A stretch of DNA of 64,000 nucleotides from Macrostomum lignano (Eukaryota), in the NCBI GenBank assembly GCA_002269645.1, contig NIVC01002382.1, positions 1 to 64,000 of the forward strand, written 5' to 3'. The position numbers and the translations under genes are program-made. Positions 52,890-64,000 of this stretch are shown here, piece by piece. Numbering within the stretch: the stretch's first letter is position 1; each line of letters begins with the position of its first letter. Under the pieces are notes generated by a model, which was not told the origin of the DNA, made no database searches, and worked only from the letters and a program-made list of their open reading frames with translations.

Positions 52890-53959
52890 TCTACTCTGGC
52901 GTGGCCCGACTGGCCTGCAGAACCAGTGGAGGTGGGTGGGTTAATTGCCAGGATGTACTTTACTAAGGCCAACAAAACTGCTTGTCTATTTACAGTGCAG
53001 TCTATCAACTATTTGGTCAAAACTCAAACTGATGGCCAATTGTGATAATGAATTTAATTTAGGGATAGAACATGATCCTAATCCCAAAATACAAGGATCC
53101 TAGAAAAAAATGGGATCATTAATCCTGCCTGACCACAAAATTTTATACTATATCTAACTGTTAATTTATTCACAAAAAAATCTATATTCAAACTCTTTTT
53201 AAAGAAATTTGCTTAGGATTTGCTTGTAGCAATTTGTTAACATTTAAGCATTTTACTTATGACTAAAAGTATTATTGAATTGATCATATGTATAAGCCAA
53301 GTAATTAATAGATAGAAAGCTTTATTTAAAAGATATATAAATAATAAGCCTATGGATACATCTAATTTTAAAATTTGGTTATTGCTGCCATGTGCTTTGT
53401 TAAAACTATAAAAAGCAATTAAAAATTATTTAAATATTTTTTGACAAAAAAACAAGATTAAAATCCTTTGACTATTTTTATTTACATCAATGTTTTTAAT
53501 GTAAACATGTCTAGTCAAAAACAAATATAATTTGTGCATAGTATATAATAATATAACAAAAATGCTAGAAAGTTTAAATAATTTTAAACAGAAAGTATAG
53601 CAGTCATTTTTTATTATTGCTAAAACAAAAAGTTTTTTTAAAGTTCAAATATAAAGTACTTATATAATTATTTGTTATTTGTACTTGGCAATTTTTTCAA
53701 TGTAATCTATAGTTTAAATAAAAGAAGCTTTTAATATATTTTTACCTTTTTATATTAAAAATATAACATAAAAATGACTTTTACATCATATGTTGCATTG
53801 GCGCTCTATATAATTTAATGTAATTTTTTGGTAAAGTACATTTGTAATGATAAAGATAATGATTGATTGCATTGTTCATGAGCAGCATGCAAAAGTATAA
53901 GTACTTATGGAACACCCCTTGTATGATTTTGCCTCTATGCCTCTATGCTACAATCTTTG

Positions 53960-54570
53960 CGCTATCACACCACTGCCATGATGTACTGTCAGCAGGCTGT
54001 AGGAGGCAGTTTTTGTAAGAAATGGAACTTTCCAAACTGCATTGGCACAGTCGATGGCAAGCACATTCAAATAATTTGTCTATCCTGCAGTGAGTCACAG
54101 TTCTACAACTACATGGGCTACTTCAATCTAATTTTACTAGCTGTTGTAAACCATGACTATTGTTTTCTCATGGTTGATATAAAAAATTGCAGTTTGTAGA
54201 ATGATAGCACATCATTCTACAAAGTATAATTTAAAGTTTGGAATACAACTAGAATCTAGAACATTTCCATGACTTGAACCAAAGCCATTAGCTGTTGGTG
54301 ATAGAGATATACCACATGTGCTCATTGGAGATGAGGGTTTCCTTCTATGAGACTACTTGATGAGACTATTCCTGGGCTGAAACCTAAGCCATGAAAAAGA
54401 CTATCTTCAATTACTGACTGAGTTCAGGCAGAAAAGTTTTTGAGAATGCTTTTGGAATTCTGGCACAGAAGTGGCAGATTTTCCAAAGACCTATCTAGCT
54501 CAGCTCAACAATAGCTACAAGGGTTGTAAAGGTGGCCCACATGCTACATAATTTTGTTTTAATTTACTAG
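53960..54570 (+). pseudogene. Degenerate PIF/Harbinger DDE transposase
   Basis: KWNFPNCIGTVDGKHIQI..FYNYMGYFNLILLAVV, then PHVLIGDEGF and ENAFGILAQKWQIF in broken frames. Confidence 0.8.
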
Positions 54571-55469
54571 GCTTCTGGACAGGAGTCCACAATTGCTGAA
54601 GAGCTGCTACAACAAATAGTCAGAAGTACATTTGCTGCAGGCAATATTGGCAGCTGGCATGGCAATGTCTAATAGTCAACAAAGGACACACAAGCCCAGC
54701 TTGCAGAATTTTTCATGTTAGATAAGTGTTCCATGCCATGGCAAATGCAAAAGTATTCATCAAGAGTGACAATTTGAATCTTTCTCCTATGGACCATGAG
54801 AATCATGAGAATCATGATTGTTGCATAACAATTATTATTAGTAGCAATGGTTGATAATGACATGATAATGATTTAATAATAAATATAGATAATTTCTTTA
54901 ACCAAGAACTTCAGAGTTGGTTGAATATTTAATTTCAATGTATTTTTCCAGTATCATTTTCCTAGAAATCCACAATTGCTATATTTTTTTTCTAACAATG
55001 TTTTGCTTATCTAGCTTTTAGAGTACCTTTGCTTATCCAAGCTTACTAAATAGTAAAATACTACACTTGGGATTGCTGATTTTATTAGACCAAAGTTTAC
55101 CAAAGATTAACTTTTGTACTCTTTTGTGTTTTTCTTCATTTATCTAGAATTTGAATTTGCTATATCATTAATCCTATTTAGCATGTTGCCCAAAATTCTA
55201 GGCATAGCAGATGTACATATTGATTAAAATTACTAATTAAAAATATACAAAATTTAGAGACTTACAAAAGAGAAAAATACTACTCAAACATAATCCACAA
55301 CAATGCCGGTCTTTTGAAATTTAAATGATGAGTCTTTTTAATATTTCATTAAATAGACTCTATACTTAAGTTGCTAAGTCAAAGGTAGTCATGGCTGGTT
55401 GCGAGGGCCACTTCAATTAGATACTGGCCATTGATTGAATACTGCTGATTTTGTATTCCTCAAATTTGT

Positions 55470-55590
55470 TGATAGATGCAAACAGTCTCAAAATTTTAAG
55501 TTGCATCTGGGAGCTTTGTGGACGACTTAGGCACCAAATTTTGCCATAACCATGTGACCAAACAAGGCACTTTCATCATCAGCCTCTTGA
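55470..55590 (-). pseudogene. Possible BESS-like remnant of the Harbinger second (MADF/Myb) gene
   Basis: Minus strand reads EADDESALFGHMVMAK / LSRPQSSQMQLKILRLFASI across a frameshift; convergent to the transposase. Confidence 0.35.
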
Positions 55591-56344
55591 GAATTTTGGT
55601 CAGCTATTCATCCATTGACTTGTGTCTATTAGAACTGTTTTCTTGTAGGTTGACATCTTTTTCATGGATATGATTCATTTTGCTTCATTAAGATATCTTG
55701 GGACACCTGAATTATATTAGACTCCCTCTGGAATCTGTCATCTTTGGAATCATCTATAGACAACCCATTGGTTGCCTCCTTAGTGCAGCTGCTATCCAAA
55801 AAGTTGCAGCAGTTAAACAGTGGCCACTTGGAGTTATACATTTCCTGGCTCCCTATGTTGCTTTTGACTTTTTGTTGACATTTGGCCTTTTCACAACTGT
55901 AGCAATCACAAATGCCGCCACTTCCTTACCATAGATTCTTGAGCTTGAACCCATCTTTTCTAGCTGTCTTCACCCTTCTAGGCAAGTTGAATGTTTTCCT
56001 ACACTTCATCCTTCTTCTTTGAATTTTGATAATTAGAATGGTGAAAGTTGTACAAACAGGATTCTCTTGAACCTTCAATACTAGCAGCTCTAATGGCAAC
56101 CAACAAGCTTGTTCCTTCTATTTGCACTGGCTTATGTTGCTCTACTCAGTCTCAAGTGATAAAAAATAATAAAATAGCTAATAATTAATAACTTGACTTG
56201 TATGCTAATCAATTAATTTTTATATAATAGCCAGACTAGAGGGAGGGTTACTCAAATAGAGAGGTTTGAGTTATTTTGTCAAGAATATGTTTATATTGTT
56301 TCATATAGATATCATCAATAGTATGGATGCTATTAAACCTTGAA

Positions 56345-57974
56345 CAGTGCTGGGCAAGTTAATCAATTTTTTTAACTCGTTAAAAGTTAAAAAGTTAATT
56401 TAATTGCTCCAAAAAAATTAACTGTAACTAGTTAATTATTTAACTTTTGCCCAAAATTTAACTTCTGAAAAGTTAAAAGTTAAAGTTAATAATTCCCTAA
56501 CAGAAAAAGTGACATTTTCCTGGACATGTGTTCGGTGTGTTTTTTAAATTTCAGGTCGGCGTGGCGCGGCTGTGGCCAGGTCGCGGCGCCCTGGGGAGCT
56601 TGTCAGGGAATACTCCCCTGGGAATTAGACCGGGGACCCTGGGGAGAAAAAAGCATTTTTAACTAAATTTTTGCCATTTAAATAAGAAAATCATTCACAG
56701 AAAGCTGATTGAAACTCTGTCTATGCTTTTTTACCACAAAACTGCTTATTTCAATGTATTATTTCAAACACAACACACGTTTGAATGGGGGGGGGGTTCA
56801 TAAGACCTAAATTTCACAACGCCGAAACACCATACTTCACAAGACCGAAACTTCATAAGACCAAAATTTCACGTTGTAGAAAACTTTACAATAAGGATTG
56901 TATTGCATGTAGAATTTTCGGCATTGTGAAATTTCGGTCTTATGAAATTAGTGACCTGTTTGAATGTTTTTTTTTCATTATGAGTCTTTCAATCAAGCAA
57001 ATTGAATGTACGAGCGTAGAAACCTGTCAGGAAAAAGAAGCCTTACTGACTATTGTGTTGGTCTACGTTGACGGCTTGACACATTTGACGCAGTCACAGC
57101 GCCATATCCTGTGTCAGTCACTGACGCATAGGGGGGTGTCATACAATAACAAAATACTCCGTATTAGACAGGACAAAATGGTGATTTACATGTATCTGCA
57201 AGAAATTAAAATTCCGATTATAAAAACAGTCTCATTCATTAATTATCCTCCCACGAGTGCAGCTGCTGAGTATGCATTTTCCGCCTCCGGAGTCTGGACC
57301 CTTTCTGATAAAGGTGCGCACACAATTTGGTGATGCCATGTTGTCAAATACAGTTTTAAACAAACATTGCTTAAAGTTTTTACCCTTGCGCCTTGAATAT
57401 GTAGTCCATCCAAAGCTTTAATCAAAGTTTAAAAAATGCCACTTAGTGACTTATAAAGATCTAAGTTATCCGCTGTTTTTTACTTATTTTTTTCCCCGGG
57501 GTCCCCAGGGTCCCCGGGGAATGAGAGTAAATTCCCCAGGTCCCCAATAAGAAAATTCCCTGGGGAATCGACATCCCTATGTACAACGATAACTTCTAGT
57601 AGTCCTTGGGTAGAATATCAATAGATAATAGTTGAAGATTCCAGAATCTTCCGGAATATTCTATACATTATAACTTGTATTTGAAATATATACATGTAAT
57701 AGTTTGTGACGCATTAAATAATGCTTAGAAAGATGTATTAATTTTACTTTTTAATGGCATACAAGCTGTTGAAACCCGCGGATTTTGAACCCGGGGAACT
57801 CCATTTCCCGGAATTATTAACTTTTGTCATTTAACTTTAACTTACAGAAAAAAATTAACGATTTTTGTTAACTAGTTATTACATAAAAAATTTAACGAAA
57901 ATTTAACGATTTTTAAAAAAAATTAACTAGTTAATTAACTAGTTAAACAATTAACTAGTTAACGCCCAGCACTG
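56345..57974. mobile_element. Non-autonomous hAT element with probable nested second element
   Basis: TIR CAGTGCTGGGC / GCCCAGCACTG and perfect 8-bp TSD ACCTTGAA on both sides. Interior has GGGGACCCCTGGGG / CCCCAGGGTCCCC inverted motifs, a CATCCCTA end and a PTSAAAEYAFSASG hAT-dimerisation-like remnant (~57247-57291). Confidence 0.85.
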
Positions 57975-59134
57975 ACCTTGAATGGCACTTATGGTTGTAA
58001 CAACAGGATTTTTGACATATAGAAACTAAAAGGTAAAAATCTTATAAAATTTTTCATTTTTGATATTTTGCAATAATTTTTTTTAATTTGACTAAGAACA
58101 TCTTCAGAAATCATACTCTTATATTAGAATATGTAAATGTAATAATAGTCACATGTTTCAAGCATTAATAATAATAACTTAACTATATCTATGTTTTAAA
58201 AATTTAGAGTCATTTAAAAAAGGCTTTGGCCATAAGCCATGGCCTTTGGCCCTAGCCATGCTATATCAGCCAGCTAAGCAATTGTGCCATAGCCAGAGCT
58301 AGGCCTATATTGCCATTCTAACAAACTCTCATTATTGCAGGCTGCACTCTGCAGGTGCTTGCATGTTGCACTAACCCCTCAGGCCACTGGCCACTGCTGC
58401 CTATCCCTCCCATCTGTTCTGTGAATGTGAGTGTGTATGTGCAAGGGGGGCTCCCTTCTGCATCCTAATATTTATACAGTTATAAGTAATAAGAAGAGAG
58501 AAAAAGCATGAAAAAATACTAAAAAATAAGTAATATGTATCAATAATGAGTTAGTTATATTCAATAAGTTAAAAACATTGATTCTAGTATTTGGATTCCA
58601 CATGCGAAAATTTAACTATACACTTGGGATACAACTAATACACTTCTAATACTAATGTATGGCTTATAATACATAAGCCTAAGCCTAATATTAGGCCTAT
58701 TAACTTTGTAAGCTTAAGTACTGAGCTAAAAGTAGGGTCTACCGTATTTTAATTGGAATAGTACAGATAAAAACTGCTGGGCATGTCTATTGCGTTTAAC
58801 AATCAGATATATATTAATCGATACACTTCCGGTCCAATAAAAGCAAAACAGCAGATTCAACTATAACCGGCTATCCGGCTATCCGTAACCGCCGCCACCT
58901 ACGCTTTTTTATTTAATTCTCAATTGTTTCTACGAAACGAAGCCAACTTAAAATGTTTTCATTTTACGTAGACTATAACAAAAAATATTTTTAAAATCAT
59001 CCCAGTGAACTGAAATTATAAGTTTTTAGAGAGAGTGGAAAATGGGTTAATCATCTGCACTTAAAAGACATTCAGATACAATTTAAATAGCCGAAATGCA
59101 TATTAACAGGATAAAATTTATATTCAATTATTGG

Positions 59135-59505
59135 CAGGGGCGTCGCCACCGGGGGGACATTATCCCCCTGGGGGGATAATCTATGGGGCGAAATGCCCAT
59201 GCTTTGTCCCCCCACCCAACCCTGTGGTGACCCGCTGTGGAAATCAATAATTTTGCTTCAGGGCGACAAAATACATGTATAGCGCCTGCGGTAGGAAAAT
59301 GAGTGCCTGCGGCGCCAAAATGATTGCTAAAATGAGTGCTTGCGGCGCTAAAGAGTTCCCTGCGGTGCGAAAATGAGTGTCTGCGGCACTAAAATGAGTG
59401 TCTGCGGCACCAAAATGAGGCCGACAACACCAATTCTCAAAATAATGTACATGTAGAATTCTTGGCTTTGTCCCCTCCACTATAAAATTCATGGGGATTC
59501 CCCTG
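59135..59505 (-). mobile_element. hAT-type MITE related to 27411-27898
   Basis: CAGGGG...CCCCTG ends; 8-bp TSD ATTATTGG / ATTATTTG; internal AAAATGAGTGCCTGCGGCGCC, the reverse complement of the 21-bp unit at 27480-27795. Confidence 0.7.
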
Positions 59506-61259
59506 ATTATTTGATCGATATTAACACTCACTCAAGTTCGGGATTCAAGCATTGTTAACGAATTCTTGCTGATATCGGTACTGAAAACAGAGGGATACTT
59601 TTTTCTCTACAAAAACATTAGATTGTACGATATACTGTAATCATGCATACAACGCATAGCTTAAACTGGTTTGATACTTACAATCGAGTGCTCTGAGCTT
59701 TTCTGCATGCCATGCCTACAAATATCACTTCTATCTACGATATTTTTTTTCTATTTAATCGCACTTGATCGAAAAAACCATTTTCCCTAAACTTTTGTTC
59801 ATTCAGTTACATATATATTACATTTGGATGTACAGTACACATGCATGTATTAGTTGCACATTTACATGTAATGCTGTAGCTAAGCTATAACAGTCGCCCA
59901 CTTTGCTTATGAATTTATCTATACGCTCGCCGCTCGTATTTACGGTAAGTGGGTGGGTGGATCCTTTCTCAATTCATGCATGAGTACGACAGGTCATGCC
60001 AATACATGCCATGCTTTGTCGGCTATTCAATTTGATTTTACAAAGCAAACAGATCGCCTTAGTTATGCGGTAGCAATGCAAAATTTGCTCATCAAACACT
60101 GCTTTTTTTTGGAACAAAAAAGCCGAGAAAATAAAAAGACCACGCGCGGTCAATCAAACGACTGAGAAATTCACATGGCCTCAAAAGTTTGCTTTTTACC
60201 AGTATATGCACACTGTTAGGCGCAATATCAGATTTCATTCGCTTTTCATGTGTACAGCTCTTCGAAAAAGAACGCTATATAGCGATTCTACTGCATATGA
60301 TTTTGAGCAGCATGAGAAAACAGCAAGCATATAATCGCTGGTTTATAAAATAAAAGTCATTTGCGTGCCAATTTTAATCTACCGAGAACATTTAATATTG
60401 CTATAAAAAAGCGTTATGTTACTGAGTTCGTAGCTTTCATGTAGCTACATGTACCTACTTCATGAAGGTTTTGCAGTTTCTATAGCTAACTGGCATAGCT
60501 ATATGGTAACTAAGTAATTTTGTACTCAAAAAAATTCATGCACGCAATACATGTAATGCATAGCGCGCCAGTGGCGAAGCTAAACAACAAAGATTAATTT
60601 ACGCGCGCCCCCGCACAGCCCAGCAGGTGAAAATTTGTCCCCCGACAAAATAAGCGACGAGTGTAGAAGCAATCTCTTAGCTCTGAGTATAGTACCCAGC
60701 TGCTGCATAGGCAAAGAGGGGTTTGCTTTGAAGAAGACCCACCGAAAACGGCCTCATTCATGAGCCTTAATTCTCTCTACCTGCGAGCTGCACCATTGTC
60801 TATTTTATTCCATCAAAAACACTCGAGCTGTTGTTTTGCTCCGAATAGAAAGCCCCCCCCGGACTCTTCCAGCCCGTCAAAACTCGGTCCGAGTTCGATG
60901 GTACTAAACAGTTTATAACGCAATATGCTTTTATTAACAAAAGTGCTTTATTTCAGAGTAGCCTTCTGCATCACGCATGCTGTTCGTGTTCTTCTTTTTT
61001 GTTTTAACGGCCGCGCCTTGATCATCTCATGCCTAATTGTTTTAATAAAGACAACAGTGTCTACAGTAGTGTAATGTAGCCTCCTCACAAGCACACTGTC
61101 TAATTTCAAAGGTCACCTAGTTTGGTGCTGGTGCATCGGCGAAGCAAGCAAAATCTGGTATAGAGACAACAAAACTATCTAGTGAATTTTTTTAGCGCCT
61201 TATTCTAGTTCATCAATCTCACCGATATCTTACCTGCTGGACTTTAAATTCCAGATGAA

Positions 61260-61264
<5 letters not shown>

Positions 61265-61296
<32 letters not shown>
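61265..61296. repeat. (TG)n microsatellite
   Basis: Directly visible. Confidence 0.95.
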
Positions 61297-61298
<2 letters not shown>

Positions 61299-62611
61299 GT
61301 GCACTTACAAGTTTGCCGAGCAAAGTTCCGGGGAAATTTCCTATAGGTTGTTCTCATCATGCCTACAGCATGCAGTGTCCACCGAATTGATCCGTGGCGA
61401 AAATCCAGGTATGCAAAACAGCATCTTTCTGAAAGCCGTTTAGAACGGCTTTAACTAATCTTACGAACATGTTGATGACCTCGGAAAAAATGTACAAGCC
61501 TTATTCATTTGGAGCCCAAACAGCAAACAAAAACAACAAGGCGGGGCAACAGAGTACAGTTCACAGATGAAGTATTGGGAATTTAGTGCTAAAAAAATGA
61601 AAACTTCCCATCTCGTCAATGCATTTTGCAGCGAAAACGCGGCCTCCAGTCCTTCTACGATCGTATAGTAGTCCATGGTGTGAATTATTCAAACATGAAC
61701 GGCATAGCTGCAAAAAGCTACAGTGCATGCATTTCCTAAAGTTTATCATTTTTTCTCTTTCACAACTCCTTATCGTTAACTTTAGCGCCACTTTCAAGTG
61801 CACATATAGAGATTTTTCAACTGCTCAACCGTAGGTTATATAGATTTCGGCTGCTATAGGAATTCGCCTTATGAGCCCTAGAGAGGGTCGCGCAGACTTG
61901 GGCCACAAGTCGAGCCGCAGGTTCAAGCTATGCTTCAACTTATCTGTGAGTTATTATATTCTATTTTTTTTCTGTCCCGTAAATGAAACCCAAAAAACCA
62001 GCTCAGCCCTAACTCAGAGAGAAGAGAGCGAGATTTCGAAATGAGACAGCAATAGGCGAAAGAACTAGCTGCCTTAGCCAATTACCTGCTGTTACCTGTG
62101 AATGTCTCACTCGCTGAATGCCCCTGCCAGCCTAAAATAGCACTCCAACCGAAGGCGTCTCTTGTCTGTCGTTTCTTTCTTTCTTTCTCAAAAATCTTCC
62201 ATCTTGCCACATCTCTCTCTCTCTCCGCCGCATCAATTCTCTCTCTCAGGTGTTGCTTTTATTTCCACTGTTGCTCAGTTTCTTAAGTCTGTGACTCTCC
62301 GCTACTTACGCGAATAGTCGGCCCTGACAGAAAAAAGGATACTGCTGCATCCAGCTGCAGTTCATCTGCTTAAAAAATTAATTTCTCAGGGGCTCCCACC
62401 GGCAGAAGAGCGCCATAAAAGCGAAGCCTAGATTCTGTTTGAAGCCTAGATCCACCGCACTGCGTGCAAGCCTAGCCATCCTAACGGAGCCATTTTATTC
62501 AACACTGCATATAGGTGAGTCCATATATACCTTCTTTTTGAAGTGCTTCATCAGTCTAAACGTGAGTTTTCACTTATCCAAATTCCTAAACAACACCTTG
62601 CAGCATTCGGC

Positions 62612-63987
62612 ATGGACTCGGGCTGCTACACGGATCCAGAAAGGGAGAGCAGCGGCAGCAGCGGCCGCTCCTTCTCGGCGTCTTCGAAGGCCAACGATCC
62701 TAAAACACAAACTTCTCCCAAGCAGGTAGTTCTGGAGGAGGTGGTGGCCGAGGAGTATCAGCCGACGGTCGAGGAGCAGTTGGAGTACGCTGCCACGATA
62801 GGCATCGATCCGGAGTCCGAGCCGGAGCTGATGCACCTTGCTGCTGAGGGCCTGAAAGCCGCCCTGCCACCAAGTTGGCGACCAGTACAGGTGTCAAATG
62901 GCGGCGACGATCTAGTGTACTATTTCAACTTTCAGACTGGCCAGTCAACTTGGGAGCATCCGCGCGACGAGCACTTCCGCCAGTTAGTAGTTCAAGAGAG
63001 GGCCCGACTGCGCACTCGTCGGTCCAACAGGAGTGGCCGAGGCGTTGTGCGATTTCAGGAGGACCCGGCGGCGGAGTGCGCTCGGCGAAGCCGCGCAGCC
63101 GAGGAAGAGAAGGTGGCAGCCGCGATGCGAATGGAACTGCAGTCTCGGCTGGCAGCTGAGGAAGCGGAGCTCCGAGCGGAGATGAGGGCGCGAGTGGCGG
63201 CTGAGGAGGCTAAACTGAGGACGGAGCTGCAAGCTCAGATGGAAACGGAACGAAAATCGCTACTACAGAAGCTTGAGCAGGAAGCTGAGGACCTACGTGA
63301 GGAGCAGCGACGCCTGCTGGAGCTAGAGACGGCGGAGAGGCGGGTGGAGGCGATGGCGCAGCTCACAGAGCTCCGAGCAGAGGTTGAGCAGCTGAAGAGG
63401 ACAAAGGCGACGGCAATTCGGCATGAGCAGACGGTGCAGTCGGAAGAGACTCAATCGAAGCCGCGATGCCCGCGATTCCGGATGCCCCAGCGTTGCGTGT
63501 CAGTGGACGAATCCGCTGTCACAAGCGTTGATAACCGCGACCGCAGCGACATTGACGAAGATCTGGACGACCGCAGCAGCGGTAGCCGCGGCGGCAGGCT
63601 TAGTGTTGACGCTATCGGCCGCGCAAGAAGCTTTCTCAGCCGGCACCTGTCGTCGGAGCGCGGCTTTGTGAAGCCAAACCCGCCTGAACCCGTTGCTGGG
63701 GCGTCTAGGAAGCGACCGCAGCTGCGTGCCAGTCGCGCCTCGCGCAGGGCGTCACCCTTCAACGGCTCCGAGTACTCCGTAAAAGGCTCGCTAGACACGG
63801 CGCGGATGGAGGTAGCTTATCCGGATGACGCCTCAATGGTCGGTGCTAGCGCAGAGCATGACCGCAGGGAGACTGGGCAAGAGGCGTCCGCCGCCCTGGC
63901 GGCAGAACTGATGAAGCTGCGCTGCAACAGTTTGCCGAGTCTGGCTGCTCGTTTGGAGAACGAGGAGACAACCTGCTCCGAGTCAAG
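62612..63987 (+). CDS. CEP164: CEP164-like WW/coiled-coil protein, first coding exon (continues beyond window)
   Basis: QVVLEE...YQPTVEEQLEYA..IGIDPESEPELMHLAAEGLKAALPPSWRP...YYFNFQTGQSTWEHPRDEHFRQLVVQER matches the CEP164 N-terminal domain. 5'UTR intron 62515-62603; donor AAG|GTGAGA at 63987/63988. Confidence 0.8.
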
Positions 63988-64000
63988 GTGAGATTACCTG

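Overview
Eukaryotic (animal) genomic DNA. GC-rich, low-complexity exons, GT-AG introns filled with locus-specific minisatellites and TTAGGG-like repeats suggest a free-living flatworm such as Macrostomum (inference, not verified). Hand-built gene models, in order: a secreted, very basic follistatin/Kazal-domain gene (+, 912-10349) whose first intron appears to contain a same-strand ankyrin-repeat + MAP3K-like kinase locus; an eclosion-hormone-like 6-Cys neuropeptide precursor (-); an orphan ORF with a strict Trp heptad (+); a co-oriented housekeeping cluster ZnT7/SLC30A7 - POP5 - ATXN10 - CSTF1 (+); a convergent cluster FRMD6/expanded-like - SLC43-like - CHP1 - cytochrome b5 (-); and the first coding exon of a CEP164-like gene (+). 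Mobile DNA includes tRNA-derived SINEs (one CORE-like), hAT MITEs with TSDs, a Tc1/mariner derivative, a solo LTR, a decayed PIF/Harbinger element and a TIR-bounded telomere-like array. Most notable: POP5 (and probably SLC43) has no genomic initiator ATG but begins exactly at a splice acceptor. This fits AUG donation by a flatworm spliced leader within a putative operon. All coordinates and protein-family calls come from manual reading and recall; no searches were run.
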